Below, one piece after another: positions 1 to 14,063 of a DNA stretch of 64,000 nt. The notes under the pieces were generated by a model. It was given only the letters and a program-made list of their open reading frames with translations. It had not been told where the DNA came from and did no database searches. The stretch lies in assembly GCA_002633005.1 (NCBI GenBank), contig NMRA01000187.1:429740-493739 (forward strand), read 5' to 3'. The stretch comes from Phoronis australis. Its lineage: Eukaryota; Animalia; Phoronida. Made by a program: the position numbers and the translations under genes. Position 1 is the stretch's first letter; every line of letters begins with the position of its first letter.

Positions 1-210
1 CAGCGTACATTTGTCGACTGAGAGGTGGCGCTCAAAATTGGAAAAACCCAAAATTCCCAATCCACTATTGTGAGTGGTAGTAGGAATTTCCCGGCAGCTT
101 TATTGATCACGTACCATCCCGCGCAGCTGCTCACCACCAATTTCGAAGAAATTTCAACTCATTTTTTGACTGTACCGTGCTCACGCTTGGAAATTCATCG
201 CGAAAAATTG

Positions 211-3200
211 ATGAGTAATGAAGCCGAGACAACAGATTCCGAGGACAAGGAAAAATCAAAACGAGAAAGAGGTCGGCTGGCATCGAAGCGATATCACGAG
301 AGGAAGGGGCAGCGAATTCAACAACTAATAGAGGTATAACGGGAGGAGGGCAATGACTCGACAAAGTGAAACTAAAAGTTTCAATACACAAAAATAATTT
401 AAGAAGATGAAGAAGTCATTTGTTTTTTGTTTGTTTTTTACGTTACACTGGCACCACACACGGCAGAAACACAAAAGCGTATGCCAGTCGCTAATTCTCA
501 TTTTCCAAATCCAGCGAACTCAGTCGGGTAAGTTTTATATAAGAGAAGTTCACCAGATTGGCCACCGAAGACCAAAGTACTAGTCAAAAACACTGAAAAA
601 AAAATTAAATAAAAAAATATAATAAAAGAACACTGACATACCAACTGATTTGTCAAAGAGCCCAAAACTGCAACTTTGATCGCATCTGTGAGAAACTGTG
701 CGGACCACGGCACGAGGCCACAACTAGTCAGACCGCATGGAAGAAACAGCCTCGAGAAAATACATGTTTGAGCCTAACTCAAAAGGACTTCAACGAGTAC
801 AACAGTTAAGGAATGCAACGTAAAGTCCGCAAGCTGTTGTGGCGCAATGTCCATCCAAAGAATAGCGCTAACGAAGAAACGAATGCTGCTTATTAAGCAC
901 ACGCCGCATGCGCGCACCCAGGTGGGCTCGCGGGCTCGAACGAACTCCCATTTGGCGAAATGGGCAAAAAGGTCCGCCTAAGAGAAACAAAAAGTCCAAG
1001 AAAACGAGACAAAAGTCCACTGAAAAATTCACAGACGCACAGTGAAGGTGGTACTCCGTTTTTTTTAGCCCTCCCGCTTTTTTGTCAGCAAAAGGTCCAC
1101 ATCGCCAGAAATTCGAGCCCCCCCACATTAAAGGCTGGGTGCGCGCATGCGCCGTCATAAAGAGTTTAAATTACCCCACCCCCCACTTTCACTTCCTTTC
1201 GCATTCGTAATCCTTCAGTTTCTAGTGCACGTTTTTTTCTCACCGTGAAAAGTCTGTCAAGAGGGTGTCGACAGTCTAGGTTGAAACCGCTAAAATTACG
1301 TCGTATAAAAAGCGTAAGTAGTTCCCAAAAGAGTATAGCTCAGCCACAACGAAGCTTTATCATTCAATGCGAAGAACGGACTTTGGCATGATCTGCCGAG
1401 GACGCACCATCGCCGCAAGGGGAGCCGGGACGTACCCAATAACGGAAAGAACGGACAAAAACGGGAACGGAGTAGAGAAAGTAGCCGGCGCCACGGCTGT
1501 TAGCGGTGCTTATGGCTGGAGATTTTGAAGTGCATATCATAAGCAATTCTACAGGAAATGTGTCTACCAAGGGTCCAACGCACATCACACATTTTTAAGA
1601 TCTGAATTTATTTTTCACTTTTCCGTGCGGTCTTACAAAGTCTTCAGTAGGATTTTAGTGTTTTACACGGGCCCCATAATGACATTCGGTAACGCTACCG
1701 GAGATCGTAAAATGAATAAATGGTCCGTTAACTCCCTGTCCATCCGGCACATTTCTCTTCTGCCCCTCGAATTTCTGGGTACGTCCATTTCATCTGAAAA
1801 TCCGCAATTCCCATTTTGGCCCACCTCTTTCATCGGTTGTCTAGTGACCTTCACCCTAGTCTGATAATTTTTCTCTATAAAAGAAGGCACAAGTAAAAAA
1901 AAAGCGAAACAACGCAAGCATAAGCCTAGTCTGTACATCAACACCACTAACCAACAAGGCAAATTTTGAAATGTTTCGTTCCCGGGGGAGACGTACTCTC
2001 AGTAGCCATACGGGACGTGGCGCTAAGAAAGGTGACTTTTTCATAACCTGTTTCCATAAGAAAGGTCGGTTGTCTTTTCCGACAAAAGTCCCAACAAAGG
2101 GGTGCCTTTTGAAAGATAAGGGACTACAAACGGTTCATTTTGCAGTTCCAAACTTAACAAAAAATTCCCTCTCCAATCAACAGAATATCTCTTAATAATG
2201 CCATCATTTTTAAAAGTTACATTCTCTTCAGATCTCCTTTCCAAGAATCTTTAGAAAACAGTTCAGGGTCTATGCGATAAAAACTTAGAGTGTCATTTTC
2301 ATGGAAACTCTCTTACAAATGGATCCCTTTTTCGAGTTCACCCTCGAAATGGGTTAAGATTATCCTTTTTTCCAGCTGCACACCAGGTCAAACAAACAAT
2401 CAAATACCCACCGAATATTTTATTGCATCCTTTGTTAACTATAGAGGTTATGTTAATTGTAAGCTGTCGAAACATTTCTAGAACATAGGCGCACAGATTA
2501 AGTGAACCCAGCGCGCGTTGCCAACGTGCACGAGACAGAGTCGTTTCTTGAGGAACGGCACTTTCGAAACCCAAATTAAAAAAGTGTCATATTACTACTC
2601 AACGTATCGAGTGCATGGCCCCGTAAAGTAAAGACAAACGTGCTTAATTACTGCGTCACACCTGGCATCAGTGTTGATTGCCAGGTAGCGGGGGATTAGT
2701 ACAAGATTTTTCCAGGGGTTGCGAAATGACCTTGTACTACCTTCGAATTGGGGAACATTTGTGAGAACGAGTTTGTCCGACAAGCACTTTTCACTTCGGC
2801 CGCCAGTCACTTCAGGCGCAGGTCGCTACCAACCGTAGATTATCGGCCGGTCGGGCAACAGCTTTTGCCCGGCTGCAAATTAGCTAGCTTAAGTTTTTGT
2901 CCAAAATCTGTACAAAGAAAAGACATCATTAACGACGGCCACTCCTTCTGCTTCCCATATACAACAAACGATCGTGATGTCGATCCTTACTTGTTGGCGC
3001 ATGATAGTATAAAACTAAGGTGTACGTAACTGGGAAAAATAACCACAAATTAAAGGCAATGGCAATGGATACCGCTATAAAGTGAATGGTGATGTATTTG
3101 AACTATTTGTAAAAAGGCGGAATTCTAAGACGTAAAGTACCGGGACACTACATCAAGTAACTTTCGGTCTGCAACTAATTATGATCTTTTTCTTTCAGGA

Positions 3201-3387
3201 TAACAACAAGCTGAGGTCAGAAAATACGGTACTGAAATACCAAGTGAACCAATGGCAGAAAAGTTGTACTCGGATGAACGATGCTCTGAGGGATCACCTT
3301 GTAACATGCGTCATAAACGATACTGAAGAATTTAGAATTTTACACGGAGAGACGAGCAAAGGACAGACAACTGACGATGTGACGTGA
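211..3387 (+). CDS. Small bZIP transcription factor, Fos/ATF3/BATF-like, with atypical basic region (~103 aa, 2 coding exons)
   Basis: Exon 211-333 (MSNEAE...KRERGRLASKRYHERKGQRIQQLIE, donor GAG|gtataa) joins in phase 0 to exon 3199-3387 (acceptor tttctttcag|GAT; DNNKLRSENTVLKYQVNQWQKSCTRMNDALRDHLVTC...). This gives a basic region followed by heptads L-L-L-W-M-H and the HxxxC end typical of Fos/ATF3/BATF zippers. AATAAA at 3614. Upstream exons outside the window cannot be excluded. Confidence 0.7.
907..1149. mobile_element. MITE family A copy 1 (CATGCGCGCACCCAG terminal inverted repeats, 5-bp TSD)
   Basis: catgcgcgcacccag ... ctgggtgcgcgcatg flanked by cgccg/cgccg; similar to copies at 45069, 50846, 57587 and 59544. 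Confidence 0.85.
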
Positions 3388-6300
3388 AGAGACTATTGCC
3401 AAAAAATTAAATGTTGTAAAAATATCTTTGAGTCAAAGTACATGCAGTTAAACGTAGGCCTACTTGTCACAACGACTGACGGTACTCCTGCAATAGCAAC
3501 CCCGCACGAGCCACACGGCACAACATACAGATACATAGGTCAACATAGCTACTGCAGTGTACATACAAAGACTGGACAATAGCTAGTAAAAATTGTTTTC
3601 ATGATCGGGTTCCAATAAAAATCAGGTGGGCGCAATGGCGGGCACACCACAAGAAAGCAACTTGTATCCGGTACAGGAAATCAACAACCAAACCTTGCAT
3701 GGCTCCGTTTAAAAGTTTAAGTCTCAATATTCATTGTTGGCATGACGTCAACAGCATTGTTCAGCAAGCGCACCGTGGCATGTGATGGAATGATAGCATT
3801 ATTTCGGTCTTCGTTAAGACTAAACTTTGAATAGTTTCATGAAACACAGCCCAGGTCAGTCACTATTTCCTATGGACACAGTTGTTTGTCTTCAGTCACA
3901 CTGAAATTACCAGACATTGCAGTAATTGGATCTCGCCATGGTGATGTCCAGGTAGTTGTTCGTAAAATTTACTTCACATTGTAGCCACTCGTGAAGCAAC
4001 CAGGTACATAAATCAAAAATGCTTTGGAAGCCAAAGCGTCTCGGTATCCGTCAAGTTATGATATACCCGTTGCCAGATGAACGAAAATGAAATTCAGTCA
4101 AAGTATAAAGTGATTTGCCGGACGGACCTGTCTAAATCCCAAGTATACAGGCCAATGCTTTATCAACTTGATCCCATTTTATACACTGCATTCACACACC
4201 CAGGGAAAAGAGAAAAAGAAACTTGACAAAAGGTGAAAGCACCTTCCCTAATCTTTATACTTAACCATGAGCAAAGCGTGAAAATAATTTCACAAATATG
4301 GCTTCTCAACACCTATACAAATTCTAAAATATCTCCTCACTTGTATGGCAAAAACCTTCACTGTTCCCAGTCCGAAATACCTGTTTTAAGTGGGTTCAAC
4401 ATAGTTTTAATTTTACTATTGATTTTAATATCTTGTATTTTAGTCTTCCCTAAAAAATAGGGGGTCATCACCTAATCGACTTTTTCCAGAGTCAGCCGCC
4501 TAAACAAAGTGGTTACAACAAAGCCACCACTAATAAAATAACTCATAGGAATCCTTTTGAAATCACATTAATTTACTTCGATGCATGACGTAAGTTTTGC
4601 ATTTTAACAGCTTTAATTTCAAATGTAAAGAAACGTTTCTGCCCTCTTCAGTTCCAGTACCTCAAATTTTAGCATTTTGGCTTGTGCATAAAAATTACAC
4701 TGTTATTTTCTCATTGATGCTTTATTTTGATTCCCATCGTGTTTTCTTTGTCATGAGAAAAAACAAGGCCTCACGGAGGTCATGGTATTTTAAGGAGTAT
4801 TTCCACTTTTTACAGACTTTATTCAGTTTTTGTATTTGTTTTGCTCACCATAAAGACTAAGTAGAATAAATCCAACCATAACCTTTTGACCTCAAATTAA
4901 ATTTGAATAGCAATGAGAGGGATAAACCAAAAACTTTGATTTCACAAAATTACAAGTTATTTGTTCAATTGTACTGGAGCCTCCTAAGTGCCGATAGACC
5001 AGACATACCAGAGTTACTCCTGTTTATTAGTTCTTTTTATCTTTACACCATGGTGGGCTAGGAGGCGTTGGCCTGCATTCTTCACTACATTCTAAGGAAG
5101 ACCAAACTGGTGTCAAACTGTTCCAGAATAACCCACGTTCACACTGGCGCTTGCATAGGAACAACTCCAGTTGAATTACCACAGAACTCCCAGAAGCCAC
5201 TACACCTGCCCAATGCGCACTACTGAACTTCTCCAAGATTGTGGACCACCCGATCACGGAAACTGCACAGAAATCACAGCTACTTGAATATGAGTAACAG
5301 AAAGCACAACAACAATAATGCAATTCCAACTGTTTGGATTTAGACCACTTGCCTGTATAAACTTAGTGTCAACTTATTCCTTAATAAAATTAGAGGTGAC
5401 TTCTGTTCTTGATCAAGACTAGACTTGAAGAAGTTTGTTCCTCACTATGATCATTTTATGCACCAGTATGGTCTCACATCGAGACCTGGGGCAGGGGTCC
5501 AACTCAAATTTGTTCTCCACATTTTCCATTCTACTTTGTGAAAACTCTGTTAGTCTGTGGTCCACTAATTATGGTTCATGCATGTCAGTTTATACTCCAA
5601 GTTTGCACTTGATGGCACCTAAATTCGAACTAGAACCGTGAGTTTTAAACTCAATGCCGGGGTCACCAAAAGCAAACAAGGATTAGGTAGTTATCAATGT
5701 AGAATAACAGACACTTATCTCAGTTCACATAAAACTAGAATAGAAAATCCAAACAATTATTCAGTTCAATTTCGAGTGGAAAACTTTAAACCCTGGGCAC
5801 AGGCTACCAGAGGTAAGCGGTCTAAAACAAGGATTCATTTCTTTGATGAAGCGTTGCTTGATAGCTGTGTTGCTTCTGTAACAGCGTTGTAGTGAAAATA
5901 GCCTAAACTCAGTTATTGCAAACTTTGCCTGAAAATTATTGAGTGTTTTTCTTGGTTTTATTAATCTTAACAATTTAACTGTATACTATTCACATAATAT
6001 TTAACGAATAAAGTGTGTGTAATTGTAATTGTTACTAATTAGCTTTATTTAGTTATTCATTTTTTACACATAACTGAATATCTTGTTATAACATACCAAA
6101 CTTTTAAAACTTGCTCCTTCCTTGCAAACCACCAAACATACCATAAAGACCAATTCACTGCGACAAACAAACTACCCTAATTTCCAATAATAAAAGTAAG
6201 GAAGTCTGGTTTCTTTGATTTTCCAACAAGTTTGGCAATGTTCATAAAAGCAAACAAATGAATGTGGATTAGTCATAGAACTTTCCACGAATGTCACCAA

Positions 6301-6928
6301 AATTTATCATAATACAATTATTGTTTGTTGACAGACTTACGCAAAGACTTTGCTGACAAAACACCAATTTGGTGAAAATATCATTAGCGAGATCACAATT
6401 CAACTGATTTAGTGAAACTGATGTAGTCCATCTCTGGTTGAACTTTAAACAAGTAAATCGTGGCTACATTTGCAGAGATGTTTTTCTATAAGCTAGAACT
6501 TGGAAAACTTGACAATGAGTCTAACAAACTACATGCCAAAGGAAGTTCATGGTAAAAAATATGTGTTGTACTAATATACAATATCAAACATAGTTGATTT
6601 AAGTGAGAGCCAAAACAAACGTTTTAAAAGGCCCAATGCCATTACAATTTCCTGTTTAAAATCGCGACTTCTTCTACTATTCTTTCAAAACACATTACTT
6701 CTAAGCTTGAATATGCTGAAAGTTTCACAACCAAATGGCTGGACCGAGAGCGAACAGGTTGCGAGCCCCGCAGACAACTTTTGCCTACCAAACTCACTTG
6801 GTACAGCTGTAGCAGATACCCACCACTTGCATCCGGATATGGTAAAATTCAACATTTCCCATGTGCACAGTGGACCGTTCTCTTCCTCAAAGGTCAGGTC
6901 CTATCATCAGCACTCACAGTGCGAAGTT

Positions 6929-9900
6929 TTACACAGATGTTTGTCTATAGTTCTTTGTGTCTATCACTTTCTTGCCACACATTGCGCAAATTCCCTTTTT
7001 GTATGCGCAACCTAAAAGAGAGAGATTGAGTAAAACCTGTGAAATGACATTTTGTTGGTACTTTTGAGCATCTAGGAAGCTCTAGCAAAATTCATACAAA
7101 CCGGGTATTAAATATTAACACGAATAATACAGAAAGTGATGACATGACACCCTCAGCAACTATTCCTAATTGAACACAAGTAATATGGCGGTAACCAATT
7201 CACTGGCGATACAAAATTTGTTCGAACTGGAAAAATTAGAAAACAAATTTATATCCATGCTCATGTCACAGCATCTGTGAACCATACAGACTAGGATATT
7301 GGCCGGTACATTTTTTAAAGCAGATCACAGCAAGTTAGTGAATTTCCAATTATAACTTTTGCCGTGGCTATAATTTCCAATAGGAAGTGGAGAGAATTAG
7401 AACTAAGATGACTGAATCTCCAGGACTACCTTAGTGTGGTGACGTCACACACTCCATTCTTATTCACTTATATTTACAGCAAACTGTATCAACAATAATT
7501 ATTCTCTAGTTTGGAACTGCAGTGAAAAATTAATTGTTTTGCTCAAGGTCAAAACTTGCACCAACTTCAAGAATTATAATCATTGACAAATGATCATTCT
7601 CCTCCATGTTAAACAATACAAGGATGCATGCAAGTTGCGTACTTGGCAGCTATTTTTGGTGATTTTGTGATCTGCCAAGTTTATTTTCAGATTATTTTGA
7701 TACACTGATTGCAGTGTCAAAAACTTGAGAAATGATGATGAACGACAGAATCGTCCATGTCCCAATCGACAGAATCAAGAAAATTTAATTTTTGCTTAAA
7801 TTTTCGTGTTCAAAATTTTAGAAACTGTCCCAAATTGGAGAACTTTTATCGTAGATTAACTTCATTTTGTGTATCATTACAGGGTCTAAAATGTTCTCTT
7901 GGGACACTACTCTGCATGACCCCAAGTGGTTACTTCATTGTACTCTGACTGGCACATTGCATGCAAGTACATACTGTTACAAAAATTTCACTATCAACAT
8001 GACAACGATCACTCTTGTGTAAAACATAAAGAAAATTTCTGACATCACAACTGTAACGAAAATTGCACATTTCAAATTGGGGAACATTTTAGTGAATTAC
8101 TGAATTTCTGCATGAAATATTTTTTAAATAACACGGAAAATCAATAGTCTGTAACAAAAGAATTGATATTTTTGAATCTTCCTACTAAAAAGATAACACA
8201 ATACCTTACAAACCTGTTAAAACAGCCAATTAAAAGGAAACCAAATCTGGTTTTGGCCTATTAACACATACCAAAAATGACTTTCCCACCCAGTTCTCTG
8301 AAACAAAATAATGCTCTGTAACCTTCGACAACCCTTAAACGCTTGGAGGAAACTCTGAAAACTCCTTTCAAAGTCTGGCAAATGGGCAACGGTGACCTAA
8401 GCTTCTAGCGAGTTACATGACAAGTGGGACAAGACCACCCACCAAGAACCGTAATGTCCAGTCTGTGACATAGGGAGCATGAGTTTTTAGTTGATTCTGG
8501 TCTTTAACTTCCAAGATTGATGCCAATGGTGCATTAGCAGATTAGATGACAAAATGAGGTTAGGTGGAAATCATCAAAACAGGGTTTGGTATCCTTTTAA
8601 AGAATAGAATTATATTGCCGTGAATCTTACCTTGGCAATAATGTGATCCCTTCTGATGAACATGTGACTTACAAATCCTGCACTTTTGAAATGAGTCGTA
8701 CGGAGAGAACCTGCTTTTTTTACCAGTTAGCGCCTTGTTCTCACCAACCTTCCTCCCTCCATTGTCTACAATTTTAAACAGCATGGACAAGTACCAAAAA
8801 GAAATAAAAAAACACCAGCTAACAAAGTTATTAGACGATGGATGACAATTTTCAACAGTTTCTAACGCCCGTTCATACTCTTTGCATCATCCATTCACTT
8901 TCAGCAGAACAGCTCTCATTAAATCCCCACAAAAAGTGAATTAAAGCATCCATATAATAAATATGCTGAATAACTATGTGAAATGTCTCAATATAGTGAA
9001 TTTGAGTAAAGAAATTTTTGCAAGAGTTTTGCCTTAATGTTACTTTCTTATTTTTACTAACTGTAGAAACTGTCATTTTCCAGAATTTTCTGACTGTTCA
9101 TGAAAACCGACCCCTCCCTAGTCAATGAGAAGTCAGACAGATATTACAAGTTACAGCAAAGCTGCATTACAACTAATTCCAATTTAGTCTGTATTCCAGA
9201 CCACAGAGGCCTGATATCAATCTTTCTTTTGTTAAATCACCAGGCTCAGTCTTGAACACATGACGCAGTTGGTAGAGTGAGACGTGTTCATTATGTGGAG
9301 CATGGCAAGGCTGTCAGAGAGTCAGCTGTGCAGTCATTATAAGAAAAATCCATTCGTTGTTTCTCTGCCATAAGAGTCAACTGTAGCATTTTTCCTAGCT
9401 TCTATGTCTCGCAAAAGAAACTTTGAAATTTCCGGAAAAAAACAAAATTTCCTGTCACAGTGCTGATATTCCGATACATATTCGATAATATTTTGAGACA
9501 CCCACTGATATCAGAAAGAATGATTTGAACTCTCCTTGGTGGACATGAACTTGGGAAAATTACGGCAGGGGAGGGGAGGGGGCGGAAGAGGAGGTGTACT
9601 TGACTATCTTTTATGGTGCGGAAGTGGGAAATTAGGATACTCACTAATTTAAAGAGTGGACTCAAAAAGGACCCATTTGTAGAAATCTTGCAAAGAAAAG
9701 TCACCTTTCTTAAAACATTGTTCAAGAAACAGAACTTTAGTATTTAATTTACTACTTGGTTAATTTCATCAGTCTAAACATTTTGCAGAAATTTCGAGGA
9801 AAGCTTTCTGTAAATCTGCTAAACTGAAACAGTATGAGAAGAGTATTCTATAGAGTTTTGAACTGCAAATAAAGTGAACCCTTTTGTAGGCACCAAATGG

Positions 9901-12054
9901 GAAACAGCACCTGTTCAAATGACTCATGAATGCTGAATGATTGCTTACACATACCTGTCACATTTCTGGCCCCAGACTTCCAAGGATCTGGCGTGACCAC
10001 TTTACCAAGCTTTTTCTGACCTGAAAAACATACGCGAGTTAAATATTCATCGTTCACAGCAACTTTACGACAACGCCGATGTCAACAACATCATCAGCGC
10101 TAACATCGCAATCAACCAAAACAGACAATGACGAAGACGCAAATGTCAACAACAACATCAACAAAAGTAAACTTTTGGCGATGAGGCTGAGAGTGCCATC
10201 AACAGCAATGGCAACACCATTGATGACAGTGCAGGTGACTTTGTTCAGCAATAAAGTCACGGACTACATTAGTGCACTGAGGCCAACACTACAGCCGAAA
10301 GTGAGGCAATGACCACTAATCAAGAATAGCCGACACCTAAGGCGATGCCGTCACTGATGACGCTAGCTCAGAAACTTTTACACTGCCATGGCCGGAAGTA
10401 TTTTAGAAGATGGGCCAAATGTGAAATTGTTGACGAGTGAGACGAATACTAGTAGCAACCTCGAGGTTCAGTGAACTGAAAAGACGAGTTTTGCTTAAAT
10501 TGACAATTTTTACCTACATCAATTCCTAGCTATGTTTTGATGTCCAGTCATACAGATAAGCAGTACATCGCCAAAGGCAGGCAGGCAAACACCCAGTAAT
10601 TATGAGGGTGCTCAACCAATTTACTCTTAAATTGATATATGAACTATTTAAACAATGTGAAAGGAAACATTTAGCTGTGAATAATAGATTGGGTATAATG
10701 CAGACAAAATTATGAACTTCTTCCTTTTTGTGTTTTGTCACGACGTTTACTAATTTACTGATTTAAACTTCTTTAAAAGACTGGGTGACCACTTCAGTGA
10801 ATACACTGATTTTCAAGGTGGGCCCAGTTGGAAATAATTACATGGTAAGTAGAGACTGTGGCCCTGTCAAGGTGATGACCATACTGACAACTGGACCTCC
10901 AATGGAGACTCTACAGTGTGAGTGAAATGATGGAACATATGAATGGAGAATTTTAAAAATACTGTCGGAGGTCCTAAAGTCGTGAGTGCCCTAAAGTCGT
11001 AAACGATCTTATTTCCGCTTCTGCGCAGTCCCGCGACATCTAACATTGAAGTTTCCAGCGTTCATCTGCTTAGGAGCGTCAAACGAATGGCTGGACGTGT
11101 TGATATTCACAATATTAAAATAAACAGTGAGTGGATGGCTTCTTTTTACAAATGTATCTTAAAACAGCATATTTCACTAATCCACTTTTTTGTGCATTTT
11201 CAGAATATATTTTCGAAACTTAACATCGTTCAGATTTTCTGTAACAGGGGCTTCAGGGTTGACTTGAACAATGTATCAAAGTGTTCCAGGGTCGATCAAG
11301 TTTTGTAAGGCCAAAGCAATAAAATACAGAGAGATAATTGATGCTGGGTTCTTGGCGTTTTACGTAAACAACCTCAATGAAAACGTCTGTACACATCGAA
11401 GTTGAGTACAAAACACACAACAATTTATTTCAATTTAAACTGAATTAATAAACAATGCAATGCATTTTAATGTCGTCTAGAGTAACTGTAAGCACTGGTA
11501 GTTGATTTGTGTGGTCTTACTTCGTGCATTTCCGTCTCAACAAAACGGCCACAACTTTTAGGGCCTCGTTCAAAATGGTCGGCGATATCAGCGACTGTTT
11601 CAAAAATCTGCTTACAGAGACAAACAAGGGTTAAGATTGGCAAAACACAATTATTTGTGAAGGCTGATATATGTCCATGACATCGCATGAGCAGTTGCTA
11701 ACGGACATTGCGTAGTATGACAATCAGCTGCTTTTTATGATTATATTCACGACTTTAGGGCACCAGTGTCTACAAGAAGAAAATTGGAATTGCTCATAAG
11801 AGTGTTTCTTCTTTCTGGTCGCCACTTACACACTCAAATCCGTATTCGTTTTTGAGCGGACATTTTCGACTCAGGCACTCGGAACAGCCCTGCGTAAGTT
11901 GTAACAGTAGCCTAGGCGCTAGTAAGCAAGCAAGCTGAAAAAAACAGCAACAATTCACGACAGACACAGAGCAACTAATTTGGAAAATTGCATTTGGCAA
12001 ATCAAAACACGAGAGAAAATTTTGAAAACTTTACAAACATTTTTCACAAACCAT
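6929..12054 (-). CDS. CRIPT: Cysteine-rich PDZ-binding protein CRIPT (99 aa, 4 coding exons)
   Basis: Exons (minus) 12054-12039, 10020-9955, 8765-8631, 7011-6929 give MVCEKCQKKLGKVVTPDPWKSGARNVTDNGGRKVGENKALTGKKSRFSPYDSFQKCRICKSHVHQKGSHYCQGCAYKKGICAMCGKKVIDTKNYRQTSV*. This matches CRIPT, including the CxxC pairs and the C-terminal QTSV PDZ ligand. All introns GT-AG and in phase. Confidence 0.96.
10960..11766. mobile_element. Non-autonomous DNA transposon remnant in CRIPT intron 1
   Basis: Inverted termini gtgccctaaagtcgt (10986-11000, with a tandem related copy at 10973) and tcacgactttagggcac (~11747-11763); no transposase ORF. Confidence 0.55.
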
Positions 12055-13274
12055 CTTCGTCTTCACCCTGTTGATGCTTGTGGTGTGGTAAGGACTAGCT
12101 TATTCAAAAGTAGCTAGTTGTTCAAAGTTTGGACGAGATTAAACAATCCATCAAATAATCCAATATCTTAATAAATTTCATCACTCATTTCAGTCAAATT
12201 TAAAAATATTGCTATTTCAACTCGGAGATCAAGATGCTCAAACTCCAGCTAAGTTCTTATTGCCCGGGCACAATAGTTGTGAAGGTTTGTTTTGAAACTT
12301 TTGTGGATGTAATTTTCTTTTATTTTAGTCGATTTTTCTTATCAACCTTTTCATTAGAACTTTTAGATTTCATTTTAAACTTCTCAGCATGACGCAACGC
12401 GAATTTAAATATTTCTTCTGCTCGTAAATGATCCTATTTCACTCTTTCGATTGCGCGTCTCTTGTCCACTCATTGCACAGCCGTGGCGTTGAGCACTGTT
12501 GTATGATTGAATCGACATATTGAGTCTGGAAAGTGCACATATACCTGAAAAGGTCACCCAAAGTTTACACTTGCAGCGATGCAATATTTCTCTTTTACTA
12601 AATTTTCTAAGGATTTTGCCTTTGGGAGAATTTGTGAATGCCTACACATAGTGTACCTAATTATCGGAGGGAACCTAAATATCGGACATTTCAAAAAATC
12701 TTACTTGAAGCATAATCTGAGAATTAAATGACACCAATTGTTGATCCGTTGTAATGCATTCAATTTCCGGCACCGTCTTGTTTTTTACAGCGTTGCCTCG
12801 TTTTGATTTCACCGAGAGAGGGTGCAATTTAGACCCCCAAGTCGGCCTAAAATGTACGATCGCATAAATCGGTTGTAAAGTTGAAAATAAAATCCTTTTC
12901 CACAATGAAACTTTCTCATTGAACTGACAATATGTTACTGTTCCATTTTTTCATTTGTTTTTAAACTCAAGTCAAACCCTGACCGCGCACGTGCGGGTGT
13001 CATATCAAGAAGCCAAAGTGATAATAAAAACTGTAGTGAGTTTGCACGTGCTTTAGTCGTCTGTACTAATTCATCGAAATGACTTGGCGCCGTCATCAGA
13101 TTTCATTTTATGGATAATTTTGTTGCGAATGGACCTGTGTTCTAGCAGCATATATGTCAAAACACTCGAGCTGAAATTTGGCTACAAGGTGCCCGCGGCC
13201 ATTACGTGGTTAGTCAGTTTTCCGCGGTGTGGCGTATGGGGAAACATGGTGTCCGATATTTAGGTTCTCCGAAG
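12055..13274. promoter_or_regulatory. Probable divergent promoter region between CRIPT and the SR gene, including a non-coding first exon of the SR gene
   Basis: Genes diverge here; strong donor GAAG|gtatgc at 13274/13275 and acceptor tttgtttacag| at 14019/14020 upstream of the SR ATG; CpG-containing patches near 12980 and 13190-13230. Confidence 0.5.
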
Positions 13275-14063
13275 GTATGCTTGTTGTGTTTTTTAAAGTT
13301 CAGTCGGAACATAAATGTGGCTTTCGGTGACAAGATATAGTAACACAACAATTCTATAAAGGTAATTCTTTATTTCAGCAAAGAATTTACAACAATCCGT
13401 AGTATTTTCAATTAAATATAATGCAAAATGTGCCAAAACGTTCGATATTTAGGTCACTTGACTGTAGCCTTATTGCAATTACAGACTATGATCTATGTTG
13501 CCATAAACCACAGGCAATACTAAAATCTTGGGCTGCCTCTACTTACTATGCTAAGTTCAAATAATTCACTTTACACAGAATTATTTCATATCGTTGCAGT
13601 GACTCTCACTGAGTACAAAAATATCACCTATTCACTATCACAATATGGCAGACTTTGTAAAATTTCCGTCCAATGAAAAGCTTAAAAAATAGTCAGCTAT
13701 TGCTGGCTTGGTTTGCACTGTGCAGATTTCATGCAGCATCATTTGGTAAAGTTTCCTATATTTGCAGTACAGCTAGATAATCAGCAGTTCAACAATAGAA
13801 CTGGCAATTGTTTTTGTGTGAAAATATAAGGAATCACCTTTTGAAGTTCCAAGTAAAGGGATTTATGTTTGTGATAAAATTGTCTGAACAGTTCTCAATT
13901 ACTCACACTCATCACCCAGTCTTTTTCTGCAAGCTAAAACCTGGCTATTTGAGATAACAAGCTAACTGTCTGTTTTTTGATTTGCTTTTTCTGAAGTTAT
14001 CTTCAAATTTTGTTTACAGCTGACCTTTGTACAACGTAGTTCCTAACCAATCAGCTGAAAGGC

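Noticed and set aside
868-1160. 96-aa and 66-aa ORFs
   Set aside because: They lie within the family A MITE and have no transposase motifs.
10054-10312. ORFs with hydrophobic or Asn/Thr-rich composition
   Set aside because: Degenerate (AAC/GAC)n low-complexity sequence within CRIPT intron 1.
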